From Babesia bigemina (lineage: Eukaryota), in the NCBI RefSeq assembly GCF_000981445.1, contig NC_027216.1, forward strand, positions 2,108,001 to 2,172,000: DNA of 64,000 bases. The letters are read 5' to 3'. Below, piece by piece: positions 47,330 to 60,766 of this stretch. Each line of letters starts with the position of its first letter. The stretch's first letter is position 1. The position numbers were made by a program, and so were the translations under genes. The notes under the pieces are model-generated. The model worked only from the letters and a program-made list of their open reading frames with translations. It was not told the DNA's origin and made no database searches.

Positions 47330-50041
47330 TTTAACGTCTGACCAGCAAACTGCCTGTGGCGGAAGCGCTCGTAAAAGTCGATCTGCTGCTGGGTCACCGA
47401 GGGCGTCACCTTGGACAGCGCCACGGCGAAGTCATGCGAGGTGACACAGGCACCGCTTGGCGCTGCAACTAAGCGCATGGACACCCCTGCGGCACTTGCG
47501 TTCATGAACTCGGTTCGATACTTCTCGACTGCGGCTATGCCTGCCTCGCGCACCAAGCACGCCAGGTCAGCGCCACTGTACCTGGGACCGTTTTAGCATC
47601 ATGTGGTGTGGTTGCACCTACCCGTTGGTTTGCATCGACAGAGTCTGGAAGTTCACATCCGCAGATACGGGGATGCCGGCAGTGAGCTTCTGCAGAATGT
47701 CCACGCGGCCTGCCGCATCGGGCAACGGCACGTACATCTGGCGCTCCAGACGGCCAGGTCGCAGCATCGCCGGGTCGATGATATCCGGCCTGTTAGTTGC
47801 TGCCAGAACGTAGACCTCGCGCCGGTTCTGGATACCGTCCATCTCCGTCAACAGCTGGTTGACCACACGTTCGGTGGTCTGGTTGGACTCGCTGTTGCGC
47901 ACCGGGCACAGGGAGTCCACCTCGTCGAAGAATACGACACACGGCGCGCTCACAGCGGCTCGTTGGAATATCAGGCGCACAGCACGTTCGCTCTCGCCCA
48001 CGTACTTGTTCAAAAGCTCGGGACCTACGATTTTGTCAAGGCGAATGCCAGATGCATCACTTCATACCTTTGACCGATATGAAGTTAGCCTTGCTGCCGT
48101 TGGCCACTGCCTTAGCCAGCAGCGTCTTGCCACAGCCTGGGGGCCCGTAGAGCAAGATGCCGGCGGGCACCGCCACCCCGAAAGTGCGATAGAGGTTCTT
48201 GAACGTAATGGGGAACACAATGTGGTCTTCCATCTCCTTCCGCAGATGCGACAATGCGCCCACGTTGTCCCATGTCACGTTAGGTATGGTGGCGAAACCC
48301 TCACGCTGTGCGCTTGGCTGGACGCGGCCAACCGCCGCCCTGAAGTCCTGCTGCGTAACGAAGGCGGACTCCATATCTACCGAGTCCGGAGCGATCTAGC
48401 ATAAAGTCACGTAATTTACCAACACCGCCTACCGTTTCCCCTCTCTCCGCAAATATACGCGTTATTGCGCACGCCGCAGCCTCTCGCGTGACGGCCTGTA
48501 GGTCTGCACCAACGAAACCCGGGGTCATGGCCGCAATCTCATCGAAGTCCACATCCTCGCCCAGACGCATCCCCATAGAAACCGCCTACGACATAGTGCA
48601 CATTTCACGGTAGTACATACCCGCAGGATGCTGAAGCGGGCATCGGTATCGGGGATGCCCATGCTAATCTCACGATCGAACCGACCGTTGCGCCGGATCA
48701 TGGGATCGAGGCACTCCTGACGGTTAGTGGCCCCAATAACTGTGCAACGTTAGGTTAACGCACAGATGTATACTCACCGATGACGAAGTGGTCGGCGAGG
48801 GAGTCCATGCATATGCCCAGCTGGGCGACGATGCGTTTCTCCAACTCCCGAGAACTGTTCTCTCGCTTTGGAGTCACGGAATCGATCTCGTCTATGAAGA
48901 TGATGCTCGGGGCCGTGCGTTTGGCCTGCTCGAACAAGTCGCGCAACCGGCTCTCCGACTCGCCGGACATGCCGGTCACCAGCTCCGTGGCGGCAACCCG
49001 GAAGAACGCACAGCCAGCCTCTCCTTCGAAGGATTTTATAACATAGACATAGATGCATACAGCTACGCGTTATAATCACGTATATACGTGGAAACGTGAA
49101 AATAACACAACACATGTGATACAGCATTCAACGAGGAGAACCCAGTACACCGATGGACCGACCAATCAACACGCATAAGCGGTGACGTCGAAACCGTAAT
49201 ACAATAAAAGGTGCAATAGCGTATGTTCACATAAAACGCGCATACAGTACATTCCGTTGAGAGTTTCTTACCTGCGATAGCCTCGGCAAGCTTGGACTTG
49301 CCAGAACCAGGCGGGCCGTGCAGCAGGATGCCCTTGGTAGGCTGGACTCCCAAGAACCGGTAAACGTGAGGGAACTTAAGCGGGCGCACCACCAGGTCGT
49401 TTATATCCGCGCGAATCGATTCGATACCGCCCACGTGATCCAGACGAGTTGCGATATTCCGCTCCGGTATGAACAGCATGCGTGACTCAAATCCCTCTTC
49501 ATCCGCGTCGCTCTTTCGCGACTTCTTCGCACGCTTAGTAGTGCCATTGGCGCCACTGCGGTCGCCGGATGCCGGTTGGCGGTAGGAGTCGGCCATGGTG
49601 GCATTCAGGCTACGCAGCTCGGAGTCAGGCAAGTCAGCCGATTTACGGCGAGCATTCCTCCGTTCCGGCTGCGACCAGTCCTCCATCTCCACATCAGCCT
49701 TACTTCCATTGGCGTAATCACTGCACCTGTTAGCAACTGGCAAAGCGCGTACTTACGGCCCAAAAGTCTCTTTAAGGATCGACGCAAACGCCTTCCGCAG
49801 CACTCCCAGCTTCTGCCGCCGGTAGTCGGGGAACGTGCCCTGGAGCTGGCTAAGCAGCTTGTCGAAGTCCACAGTGATGTGCGTGTTTGTGCCGTCTGCA
49901 CAGCCGTGAACGGAAGGCGACGTTGCCGTTACCTGAGCGCGCGAAGGTCACGTCGTGGTCGGAGCAGGATACCGGCGGCCATTGCAGCTGCTGCGCCCCA
50001 GCCAGCGACCGCAGGCGGTTAAGCATTATATTAGCTGACAT
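47326..50041 (-). CDS. NVL: Nuclear VCP-like AAA ATPase (NVL/Rix7), multi-exon
   Basis: Two AAA domains ([40 protein letters not shown]). The N-terminal [10 protein letters not shown] segment is typical of NVL. Several GT-AG introns. Confidence 0.9.
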
Positions 50042-50314
50042 CTATATTAAAATTGTGCGATGGCGGCAAGTGAGATCAGCCACTACGGCACCGAGGCGTA
50101 GGGGAGATACACAGCGCCCTAAACTTTCGCATCATCAACCCGTACTTGTCTTCCTCGCATATTTAAGCTTGCAAAGCTGCTTCGGCGCGACAAATACGGT
50201 TGCGTGGCACGGAATCCACTAAGAGTGACCAGAGTGATGGGCAGTCCCGGAGGCGACTACTTTTCAGCGCCACCGCATAGCCACTTGCCGGTGTCAATGT
50301 ACAACATCGCAGCC

Positions 50315-52260
50315 TCAGTCTATGGGGTCACTACAAACGTGCTCTGCGTCTTCGCAGTACTCTTCGGACCACTTCATGAAGTTCGACCAGGTCGAGCTGA
50401 ACGTGGCGGCGGCTTCGAGGCGGGCCTTGTTGTCCTGCGACGACATTGACAAACACATATTAACAACAACCACCAACCTCAGCAGCAACGCGATCTGCAC
50501 AGGCGCTTGCTTCCTCCGACAGCGCCAGGAATTTGGCCTTCAACTCGTCGTTTGCAGCGCAGTCCGCCAGCCACTTGGCCCGCAAGCGTATCGACTTGAA
50601 ATAAGTGGTTATGGATACGCGAGCATGTCCTTTTTTCAGCTTCTTCAGGATGAAGAACATCAGATCCTTGGACGACCAGTAGTTCGTGTGCGACTGGATG
50701 ATGCCCAGCGGGCTCAGCAAGTGCTCGGTGATGTCCTCCTGCAGCTGGAAATCGTAGCGGCGGCGGAGGTGCCCACCGGCCTGCTTGTTCATGTCGTGCA
50801 GAGCTTTCGCTGACTGCGCGGCTAGCCTCTCCTCATCGAACAGGCCGTTGACGGCGTCGCCGCCCTCCGCGTCATCGGACCACTGATCCTGCTCCGAGGG
50901 GTGCTCAGTGCGCTCTTCCGCACGAGGCTCCGCAGCCGCATCTACGGCTGAAGTCGTTGGATTTATGATCCCCGTGGTCAAATCGGTGTTATCCGGGGTA
51001 GTCCTCTCCTTCAGCTTTAGTTTGAAGCTGCTCAGCGCCGCAGACCCTGGGCACAGATGCACAGACGAGGTCACCTAAACTCACTTTTATCGGGATTAGC
51101 CACGTTGTTGGCCAGCACGCTGTTGCTCTTGCTGCTTCCCCACCAGCCGAAAATGCTGCGGCCGATGGTGGAGGCCACGTCGCTGATGTTGTCCACGATC
51201 ATGGTCTTGGCCTGCTGCACGCTGCGCTCCCAGCCGTACCAGTTCTTGAAGCCGTTGTTCTGCCAGTACGGCAGAATCTCGGGCTCAGGAAGCTCCTTGA
51301 CGTCGCGGTATATCAGCCGCTCCCACCGGTATGCCACAGGGTCGTAGGGGTGGAAGATGTTGTAGGCCTCGACGCCCTCGGGCAGGCACATCCCAGTGGC
51401 CATGTACTGCGGCGACTGGAAGATCATGAAGCACGAAAGCGGGCTCCCGACGCAGAACATGTAGTCCACCTTGCTCCGGAGCTTCGGCCGGTCCTCGGGC
51501 CTGAGGTTCGACGCGCGGCCGGGGTTGCCACATAGGATCTCGTGCAAAATCAGCGACCCCAGCGAATATCCCACGATGGCGATCTTAGAGTTGCGGAACT
51601 TGCCGGACGGGTGGTGGCGTAACCGTGAAATCTCGCCGTCCAACTCAGCCACGATGTTCTCCAACAGAAAGTCGCAGTAACGAGGGTTAAGGTAGAAGCC
51701 GATGTCCAGGATGTGGCTCGTGATCATTTTACGCGTTTCCTTCGCCGTTGTGATGTACGTGTGGTCGAACAACCTGAGTGCGGTATGCCGGGTCGCTTAG
51801 CGGTGCTTACATGCTCTGGGCGTCGATGATGTGCTTCTTCCAGTCCAGCAGGTGCACATGCGTCCGCAGCTTGTCATGGTAAAACCAGTGGCGCTTGATG
51901 CTGCTCAGCGAGTACTTGATCATGCGATAGTCGGCGCCCAGCACGTTCGAGTTCGACCCGATGCCGTGCAGCATGAAGATGATGAAGTCAACCTCGGATG
52001 CGCTGTCATGGTTGCTGAGGTGCAGCTTGTCACGCAAACGCTCGTACTGGCGCTCCTGCTCCTCCACAACGTTTCCTGCACGCTTATGTGGGCATTTACA
52101 CTTGGTTGTGGGCGGAAGGCACGGCGAACGCGGCTTGAATGCGCCCTTTGGCGAAATAGCGCGCCTTACACACCGCCCGTAGCACCGAGCAGCCTTCTGG
52201 ATAAAACTCACCCTTGCCGTCGGGATTCCCCGAGAGTTTCGACGAATCCCGACCCGACAT
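50315..52260 (-). CDS. DDHD-domain phospholipase (PA-PLA1 family), multi-exon
   Basis: FMLHGIG, lipase motif GYSLGS, FCVGSPL, NIFHPYDPVAYR, SHTNYWSSKD. Probable first exon MSGRDSSKLSGNPDGK ends at a GTGAGT donor. Confidence 0.87.
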
Positions 52261-52593
52261 AAATGCGCGTGTAAGATTATCCCATCCAAATTAAAAATGG
52301 CGCGGAAAAGCCCCGCAGCAGCGCGACGACGGAAAGATTGCAGCAACGTCCCCATAAGGATGCTGATTTTCTCGCCTTCAGTGCACATTGCGTCAACGTA
52401 ATTGCGCCAACTAAGTTTAACCATTTAATACGCGCGATACCGAAATTCTGTTTGCTACAGCGTTATGTAAGTGGATGGCCGGGAAACGCCGCCTGCATCG
52501 CCGCGCCGCGGTGCCGATATATCCGACGGCACCGTCTGCGGCCGCGAGCAGCGACCTGCCGCTTATTAAATGCACTAATGATGCGGCAGAACA

Positions 52594-53308
52594 ATGGCTT
52601 TCAAGCTCCCTGCACTGCCTTACGGCCTGAAGGACCTGCTCCCTCACATCAGCGAGGAGACGCTCAGCTTCCACTACGGAAAGCACCACGCCGGTTACGT
52701 GGCCAAGCTCAACGGTAAGGTTATATATGTCCCACTGTAATCGGTGCGCAGGACTCGTCAAGGGCACCCCGCTGGAAAGCTGCTCGCTCGAAGGTAGGTC
52801 TGACACTCGCGAAGCTGCGGGGCCATGAAACCGCAGAACTCGTCGTCGGACAGAGCGGCGCGATATTCAACAACGCCGCGCAAATATGGAATCACACCTT
52901 CTACTGGAACTCCATGGGGCCGAACTGCGGCGGCGAGCCCACCGGACCCATCCGCAAGAAGATTGAGGAGAAGTTCGGGTCCTTCTCGGCCTTCAAGCAG
53001 GACTTCTCCAACCTTCTCGCCGGTCACTTCGGCTCCGGATGGGGATGGCTCGTGCTCAAGGACGACGGCAGCACCGACATCGTGCAGACCCATGACGCCG
53101 GTTCGCCGCTCAAGGAGAAGCTCGGACGCCCGCTGCTGTGCTGCGACGTGTGGGAGCACGCCTACTACATTGACTACAAGAACGACAGGGCGAGCTACAT
53201 CAACAGTAGGTCGGAAAGAACTGCGTCACAATCGCCGCAGGCTGGTGGAATCTGGTCAACTGGGACTTCGCCAACAAGAACCTCGAGGCCCCCTTCAAAT
53301 GGTCCTGA
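52594..53308 (+). CDS. SOD: Iron superoxide dismutase, 4 exons
   Basis: [53 protein letters not shown]. Confidence 0.96.
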
Positions 53309-53462
53309 ATCAGAGAATGACGTTATTTTTCAAAATCGATGGTCAATATTTTAAAACCGAGTTCTGACGCGACGACATCACTGTTACACATTCACTGGCC
53401 ACGCAATAAGCCACGTCGTTTCCATTTTTCAAAAAGAACTGTAATCATAAATATTGTATACT

Positions 53463-55735
53463 ATGGTTACAGTGGCCGCCAGGCGGCTTTTGGTGCCGAG
53501 GTGTGGGCTTTCCTGGCGTTATGCCGTGGATTCCAGCTCAGCGTGCCGGAGCGCAGCCGGGCGTCGAAACGCCACGCTGGCTGCCAGGCAGCGGCAAGTC
53601 CATGCCGATGACGGCACTATATCGCAATGTGTTAATGCAGGAACGGGCCTGGGCGCGCCCATGGGCCGCAGTTGCCAGGCGGAGGAGCCCATAAGCTGGC
53701 CCTGGTCGCTCGGTGAAACGCCAGCTCCGACCTCGTCTAACAAGGATGAGCCGCCATCGCAGCCTGAACAGAAGGCGGAATCGCACAAACGGCCTCCCAG
53801 GCTGAGTAAGAGGGTCATGAAGATGGTACGGTCGATTGAGCGGCTATACCGGCCGCCGGCCACATCCGGCATGGAGGCCTCCTCCATCAACAAGGTGGCT
53901 GCATCGGCGCCTGGAACGCTACATACGCTGAAAGTGATAGACGACTCCAAGAAGGAAATCGCAAGTGACCCGCCACCCGTTGATCCAGGCGAGTATGATG
54001 GCATAAAGGGGCTGGTCAAGAGCATATACCGGTCGGCTACTGGGCGGGTGTTCAACGACGCCCTTTGGAAACGATACGTGCACCGCCTCTCAGTAGTGGC
54101 GGGCACCATGCAGCCGGCTGACATATGCCTCGTCATGTACTCGTTCGCCAAAGTGAGGTACGCATGGCGGTTGTCGGCCACATGGATGCCCAGGTACCGA
54201 GACCAGCAGCTGCTGAAGATCCTCAACCCGCTGATAGTGAGGCACATATCAGGACTATCGTGTAGTGGTAGGTCCCATAGCTTGCATTTGTGGATACGGC
54301 GGCGCAGGAGCGGCGCTGATACTCAACTCGCTGAAGCGCCTCGAGCTGTCCAACTACGACATCATCGACCTGGCCACCAACGAGGTACCGCCCATTTCAG
54401 TGACTACCAGCGTTAAATACGGCGCAGATATGTATCAAAATGGACACCGCCAATATGCAGGATATCACGCTGACGGCAAACGCGCTTTCCTTCTTCCAGG
54501 TGTACCACCAGAGGTATGTGAGCCGCCTGTCCACATCGTTGCGGCGTGAGGTCGGCGGTGACACAACACCGCATCGCCAGCGCCCAAAGCAATCGTGCCA
54601 TTGTTACATTTCTTGCAGGTTTTGGAATATGCTCTTCAAGGCCGTGTCGCTCAGACACCACCAGATGACCCCTCTGCAGGCCGCGCTGGTCCTGGCGGCC
54701 CTGGCGAAACTGGACATACGGCACCCCATGCTGCTGAGGCTGCTCAAGGACAAACTACGACCGGCTGTGGAGAGAAATGAGCTGACGCAGGAGCTGCTGA
54801 CGCTGACGTTCCACTCCTTCGCCAAGCTCAACTTCTCGGCAAAAAATTTGTACGAGGCATCGATTCTCAAATACCAGTCGATGCTTGACGAGGTAGGGCC
54901 ATCACACCAAATAGAGGCCGACTTATCTATTATTTAGAACCCGGAAACCGTTGATGCGCAATCGCTGGTGTTGTACCTCTACACGGCGGTCTGCATGCTG
55001 GACATGCCACTGCATCAGGTGAGCGCCACTCAAGGCAACGCCCCGATCACGTCAACGCGCAGACGGTGGAGAAGAGTTTGAAGCTCCTGTGCAACCAGAA
55101 AGACGTGTTGAAGAACTACAAAGCCATAAAACTGAAGTACGTCGTGGACCACCTGAAGACCAAGCAGCCGGGTGGGTGCCCCTCACCAAACCTTAACGGT
55201 GCCTCAGCCTTGCTGGAGGCATGTTGCAGCGACGTGAAGGGTCTAGTTGCTAAGGTGGAGCAGTACAAGTTGCGAAATGTTAGTGAGCTGTAACGGAGTC
55301 GCCTGCAAACACAACGCAGGTGCGGAGGCGTCTGTCAAGGTGGTGCATGGAGGTCTCGAGGATGCTGGCGACGCAGAACGTGAACCACGCGAGGAACGTC
55401 TGGTTCGACTACATACACGCTGACGTCCACATTAAGGAGCTCGGCGTTGTCATCAAGTGCGCAGGTGAGAATGGGAGTCACGTGGCAACAACGTCTGCAG
55501 GGCCGTTCAGCTACTACGCCATGTCCAGCCAGCTGACGGTGTTCGCCCAGGTCGAGATAGACACTTTGTCGATGAAGGTACGCTGCCGCGAAACACGCCC
55601 AAATGTGAGACACAGGGATTTAAGGTGTGCGTCATACCCTACCACGAGTGGAACGCCCTGAAGACGGACAAGGCCAAACTGGACTACCTGAAAAAGCTCA
55701 GCGAGTCGTGGACCATAGTTGAACCGATTCCGTAG
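53463..55735 (+). CDS. RAP-domain protein with helical repeats, multi-exon
   Basis: Repeats such as MQPADICLVMYSFAKVRY and MTPLQAALVLAALAKLDI. C-terminal GPFSYY...GFKVCVIPYHEWNALK..KLDYLKKL fits RAP. Many ~35-nt introns. Confidence 0.82.
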
Positions 55736-56045
55736 CTATTGTGAGTGCTACAGAAGTGGATGAGCATGCGAAAGGGCGCAGCAACGACCCAACGGGGACG
55801 TGGCGTCAAAGGCCATCGTCGGAACAGCGAAGCGGAAAAGCAGCTGCCGCCGCTAAATATGCCTCGGAATCGCACATTTATATAATACACACCTTACACA
55901 TTTAGCCTCGGTAGTCGCTTCGGCGGAGATATTGGCAAATCGACTGCCACTCCCCGAGCGGCGCGACCAAGGGTCGTTTTGAATCGCAAACGCTCCCAGC
56001 GGCGTTATCCATACGAGTTGCGCAACTTGTAGGTGGCTGCTCAAG

Positions 56046-56962
56046 ATGTGGATTGGCACAATGCACGGCCCAGCCTCCGCTGCGGGCCATGTCACTGCCG
56101 CTGCAGCGACGAATAACCGCGCGGAAGGGCAGCCCCAAGGCAACGGGTAGGAGCACCTTTGATACGCCCATACGGCCTCAGGGCGACCGCAAAGGCCGAT
56201 GATCAGTGGCAGGCAATGTGCGAAGAGGAAATCAGGAGTAAGGGGCTGCAGCTGCGCGGAGAATCCCTCCCCAACATCTCCGACATCAAAATGACCTACC
56301 GAGAGGCATGGCGCACGGGCAAACAAGGTATGTAGTCATGGCGCACTGTTCGACTTCTCATCTCGACCAGGCTGCCTAGGGGTGAAAAGGAACCTCTGGG
56401 ACCCGCACCTCTTCTCCGGCACGTGGTACTTCGTTTGCGACGGCACCGACCCCAACAACTTCCTGGTGCTGCACGCGCACAACGCGGAGCAGAAGGGGAA
56501 ACAGGTCGTCATCAGGTACGCAGGAGGAACCACGTGTGGTGTAAACGGCACGCAGCATGTGGGAGCTCATAGACGGGTACTGGGTCGGGAACAAATGCCG
56601 CGTGCTCTACCAGCCGAGGAACGAGGACGGCAGCATTGCCTCGTCGGCTACGAGGACCATGGTCATCGAGGGGTTCGCGCGCGAATTCTACATGGCGATG
56701 ATCAAGTGCATCCAGTAAGTCCAGAGCCACAGCCTCCCTCACGCGCCGCAGCGAGAGCCAGGTCCGGCTGCAACTCATGCAACTTGAGCTCAAGAGCCTG
56801 CAAGACCAGTTCAGCCGCAGCAAGGCCTCGCGCTGCAAGGCGGCTGCCCCGAGGGTCAAGCGCACCAGCGTGAAGTACTCCGCCGCAAGCCTCGTCGCCG
56901 CCGGGCTCAACAGCAGCGCGCTGGTGTACGAGGCCGCCAAGTTGAAACACGCGCGCGGCTGA
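56046..56962 (+). CDS. Hypothetical protein, multi-exon
   Basis: Short GT-AG introns join MWIGTMHG.., ..DDQWQAMCEEEIR..REAWRTGKQ, GCLGVKRNLWDPHLFSGTWYFVCDG.. and later exons. GC3-rich. Ends are uncertain. Confidence 0.6.
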
Positions 56963-57159
56963 GCAGGGGATCAACAATTTAGTTACAGCTGGGCAGTAAT
57001 CGCCATGAGTTGTGTTCCCATCGCCGACCAGCCACCACGCTGCCACACAACATCTACAATGCCCAGCAGTTGAACACACGTAAATTAAAATTGCAGTTAT
57101 GGTCACATAGGCCGCGCCTCCATCAGCCTGGCGCCGTCGGGCGGCAACGGCACCGCCCA

Positions 57160-58449
57160 CTAGCGGGGCGCAGTACGCCGGCGCAGGTAATCGGAATACG
57201 TTGCGTGCAGCGACTCGCGCGTCCTGCAGCTGGCGGGCGTGTCGTTCAGGTCCTTCGGAGGCACCTGCAGGCGCGATATGTAGTCGTAGGCCTTGCGCTC
57301 GTTCTCCGCCTTCTCACGCGCGCACTTGTTGTCGAAGTAGTGGTAGTCGACCTCGTACTCCAGGCGCACGCGGTCCACCGAGTTGGGCGGGTACCGGCGC
57401 TCGAAGACGCGCGGGTCCACGTAGTACACCACGCCGTTCAGCTGAGTGGACAGCATGCGGCTGTAGCGCGCGCTGTTGGAGAACTGGTACTGCGGCGGCT
57501 CGCCGCCGAAGAACACCCCCATGAACGCGAATATGAGCAGGCCCACGAACGGAAACCAAAACGCCAAGGGGATCCTTCCAGCCGTTGGTGCAGCGCTGCG
57601 CAACATGTGTGAGGACGCCTGTTTGACTCACCCTTGCGCCTGCCCACCGGAGTGGGACGACGAAGAAGCCGACTGCCGCGACGTCGAGTGGTAGCCCGAG
57701 TGGTGGGAGGAGGAGCTACTGGACGCGTGCTGAGCGTAGTGGTGCTCGTAAGCGTTGCGATGGTAGTGTGCGCGGCGGCTCGGGTGCATCCCGAAAAACG
57801 CCTCGAAGAGCACGTCCGGGGTCATGAAGATGTCCTGCGGCCGAGCGCGGTACGCCTTCTCGGGCGCGGCTCCGGGGTCGCTGCCCACACGGTCGTAGTA
57901 GTTACGCTTATCGGGGTCGCTCAGGCACTGGAAGGCGTCGGAGATCTTGTTGAAGGCCTCGCCCGCACGCTTGGCAGGGTTCTTGTCAGGGTGAAACTTC
58001 AGCGCCAGCTTCTTGTAAGCGCGCTTTATGTCGTCCGTGCTGGCGTTATGCGGCACTCCGAGCACGTCGTAGTAGCTCTTGCTGTTCAGGATCTGCAGGC
58101 ACTCGCGATTCAGAGCGGCCGCCTTGGCAGTCGATCGCGCCCCGTCGGCGGCAGCGCGGTCGTCCGACGCGCTGCTCGCAGCCCTGCCGCTACGCGCGCT
58201 CCTGCTGGAGCTGCTGCTCGGTTGGGATGCTTCCGCTGTGCTGCCGCTCGCCGCCTTGGCGCGGCACGCTGCAAGCAGGGCCTTAGCCTCATCGGTCGGG
58301 TACATGGACTCCGCCTTCAGCAGGAACTTCACCGCCTGCAACAGAGTCAACGCCGACACGCGGCCACGTACCTTCTCCACATCACCCTTAACAAGGGCGT
58401 TCTTTGCGATGGTGATGCATTTCTGCGCCTCGTCGTGGTTTGCGTACAT
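57160..58449 (-). CDS. DnaJ/Hsp40, DNAJB12/14-like (J domain, TM, luminal domain), multi-exon
   Basis: [14 protein letters not shown]-terminus; [37 protein letters not shown] ([19 protein letters not shown]); YQFS..RMLST..VVYYV. Confidence 0.9.
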
Positions 58450-59527
58450 CGCAACGCGGCACAGTCACATCAAAGGGCAACAAACGGTTTCGGCGCCGGT
58501 GCGCACTGCAGCTGGCCTCAACCCAGCCGTGAGCCTCCGAAACTCGAATGCCGAGCGCAGACTCAGGTTCAACGGTGGGCCGAAGACTCAATAATGTCAA
58601 AATACAGGGGAAACAAAAACAGGAGAAAGCTCCTCGCGGAACTCCGGAACTAGAATTAAACTGCCCGCGGACGGCGCGATTGGGTCAGCAAATCCGGTGG
58701 CGAACTTTATCGCGTGTGTCGGAGCCGGGAGACCGGGTGCTGTGTCGCTACGGCAGCCTGCGCAGCACACCTCTACCAGCTACGCGGTCATGAGCTCCCC
58801 TCACACCTCGACGCAGGGCGATGCTAAAACACGCTTTGCGGGCGCAGACATGCCGGAATCGGCGGCATCGGACGCCCCCATTAACAGGGAAAACGCGACA
58901 CACCGGCACGACCGGGCGAGCATGGCCCACACCACTCGGCACGCCGCGGCTGTACCGGCGGGTTCGTACAAGAATTTACACTCAAATGTCACTGATAAAG
59001 TGCAGTCTGTCTAGTGGATGATCGTCATCCGCTAAATGTGCGACGAGATCGGTACGACAGGGCACATCGGTTTTCAAGAGGCTCCGAGGCTCGTGCAGCA
59101 ACCCGTAGACGCGCGGGGAGTGCCGTTGGTCCAGATTGGTGGATGAACGCCGCCTGCGGAATCGCAAAAACTACGCCACGAGTTTCTGCGACGGACTAGG
59201 GAGAGAGATTCTCTAGTCGAAGCGCGCCAGTATCGACTCTTGTCTGCCCAGGAGGTACATTCTGGGCCGTGTATTGGGGGGAGAGCGTCGAACGTAGGGC
59301 AGGGACGAGCCTGTCTATCTCGAAGCTTCACCTCCTTGTTGCTGTTGTGGTCGCGTCAGCATACGAGCACGGCCACAATTTGACGCGGCGTGCTGCATTA
59401 ATCAGCTTTTGAGCCACTTCAAACTCGATCCTGCGCTGGAGCACTCAGTGTCTCCCCCGGCATACCGCTACGGCGTAGTCGTTCTGCAGCGGCGCACAAG
59501 AGGACGTAGACCCTTGACCCAGGCGCG

Positions 59528-60566
59528 ATGGAAAGGGGACGCAAGCTTGTCGACCTCGCCAGCGAGGCGAAGCGGCTGAAAATAATATGGATGCCAGACC
59601 TGGAGTACAACTCGTTCGATATCAGGTAGGAGCCGCATCGCTGGAGCTTCACTTTCCGCAGGTACTGTGAGAGCGAGTTGCCAGCACGCCTGTCGGAGGA
59701 CAGGCTGACGTACACCGGGTCCACCATGTGGTGCACGGCGCTCAGCAGAGGCTGCGCCACCACCGGGAATTGGTACTTCGAGTGCAAAATCCAGGAGCCA
59801 AACCCCGAGTGGCACGAGTTCAGGCTGCGAGGGTGGGACTCGGTCGGCACCGTAGGGGCGCTCCTTGAGAGCACACCGCAGCTCAAGGACGCATTGAAGC
59901 CGTGTGTGCGCATCGGTTTCGGCACGCGACTCTCGAGGTTCGACAGCCCTATAGGCGTCAACGCCTTTGGGTGCGCCATCAGCCAGGTGGGTGAAGGGAC
60001 ACAGGGCGGCTAACCATCTGCAGAACGGAGGGCATATCATGTATGACGGGCGCGACGTCAGCGACTCCGATGACCAGGGGTTCGACCTCAAAGTCGGAGA
60101 TGTCGTGGGATGCGCCATCAAGCTCAACACGCCGACGGCGTCGCTGGCCGACCCCAGGGGCATCGCCGCCATGTGGCCGTTCGTCCGCAAGGCGCTGCTC
60201 TGCGACGTCACCAACCCCGAGGCCATGAACGCAGCGATGGTGCCGAACGCCGGAGCGGAGCTGAGGTTCTCCGTCAACGGGGTGTGGCGCAAGACTGTCA
60301 TCACCAAGCTCTACTGCGTGGAGTACCACCCGGGGGTCTCGACGTTCATGGGCGGGTGCTGCACGCTCAACATGGGGCCGGAGTTCGTGTACGCGCCGCC
60401 GGATGACACCTACAGGCCCGCGAACGACATGGGCAACTCGGTGTACCCGTGCAAGGAGGAGCTGCTCCGGTTCTGGATGCTCGGCGACACCACCGTGCTC
60501 TCGAAGGGCGCCACCATAAACAGGGAGTACTACAAGAGCATACCGGCCGACGAGATGACGGGATGA
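59528..60566 (+). CDS. SPRY-domain protein, ASH2L/Bre2-like (start uncertain)
   Basis: LSEDRLT, GNWYFECKI, VRIGF, PIGVNAFG, GDVVGCAI, FSVNG, YHPGVS, LNMGPEFVYAPP. Two short introns. Confidence 0.78.
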
Positions 60567-60766
60567 AACATAATATCTGGCAGGGCACGTATAGAAAGCG
60601 CCAGAGTGGAGCGTGCGCAAATCGTCCTTAGAAAACAATCACTAACCACTTTTTAGCACGCAAAACGGCCTGTAAATTGAATGCTGGGGGCCCAGCATTG
60701 TGATAGCGGGCTCCCGTTGCCGCCGTAACAACGGCGCAGCCGAGGCGACGTCACGTGGGAGGGAGC

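Noticed and set aside
58697..59331. Short ORFs between DnaJ and the SPRY gene
   Set aside because: No domain and no clear splice path to 59528. Left unannotated.
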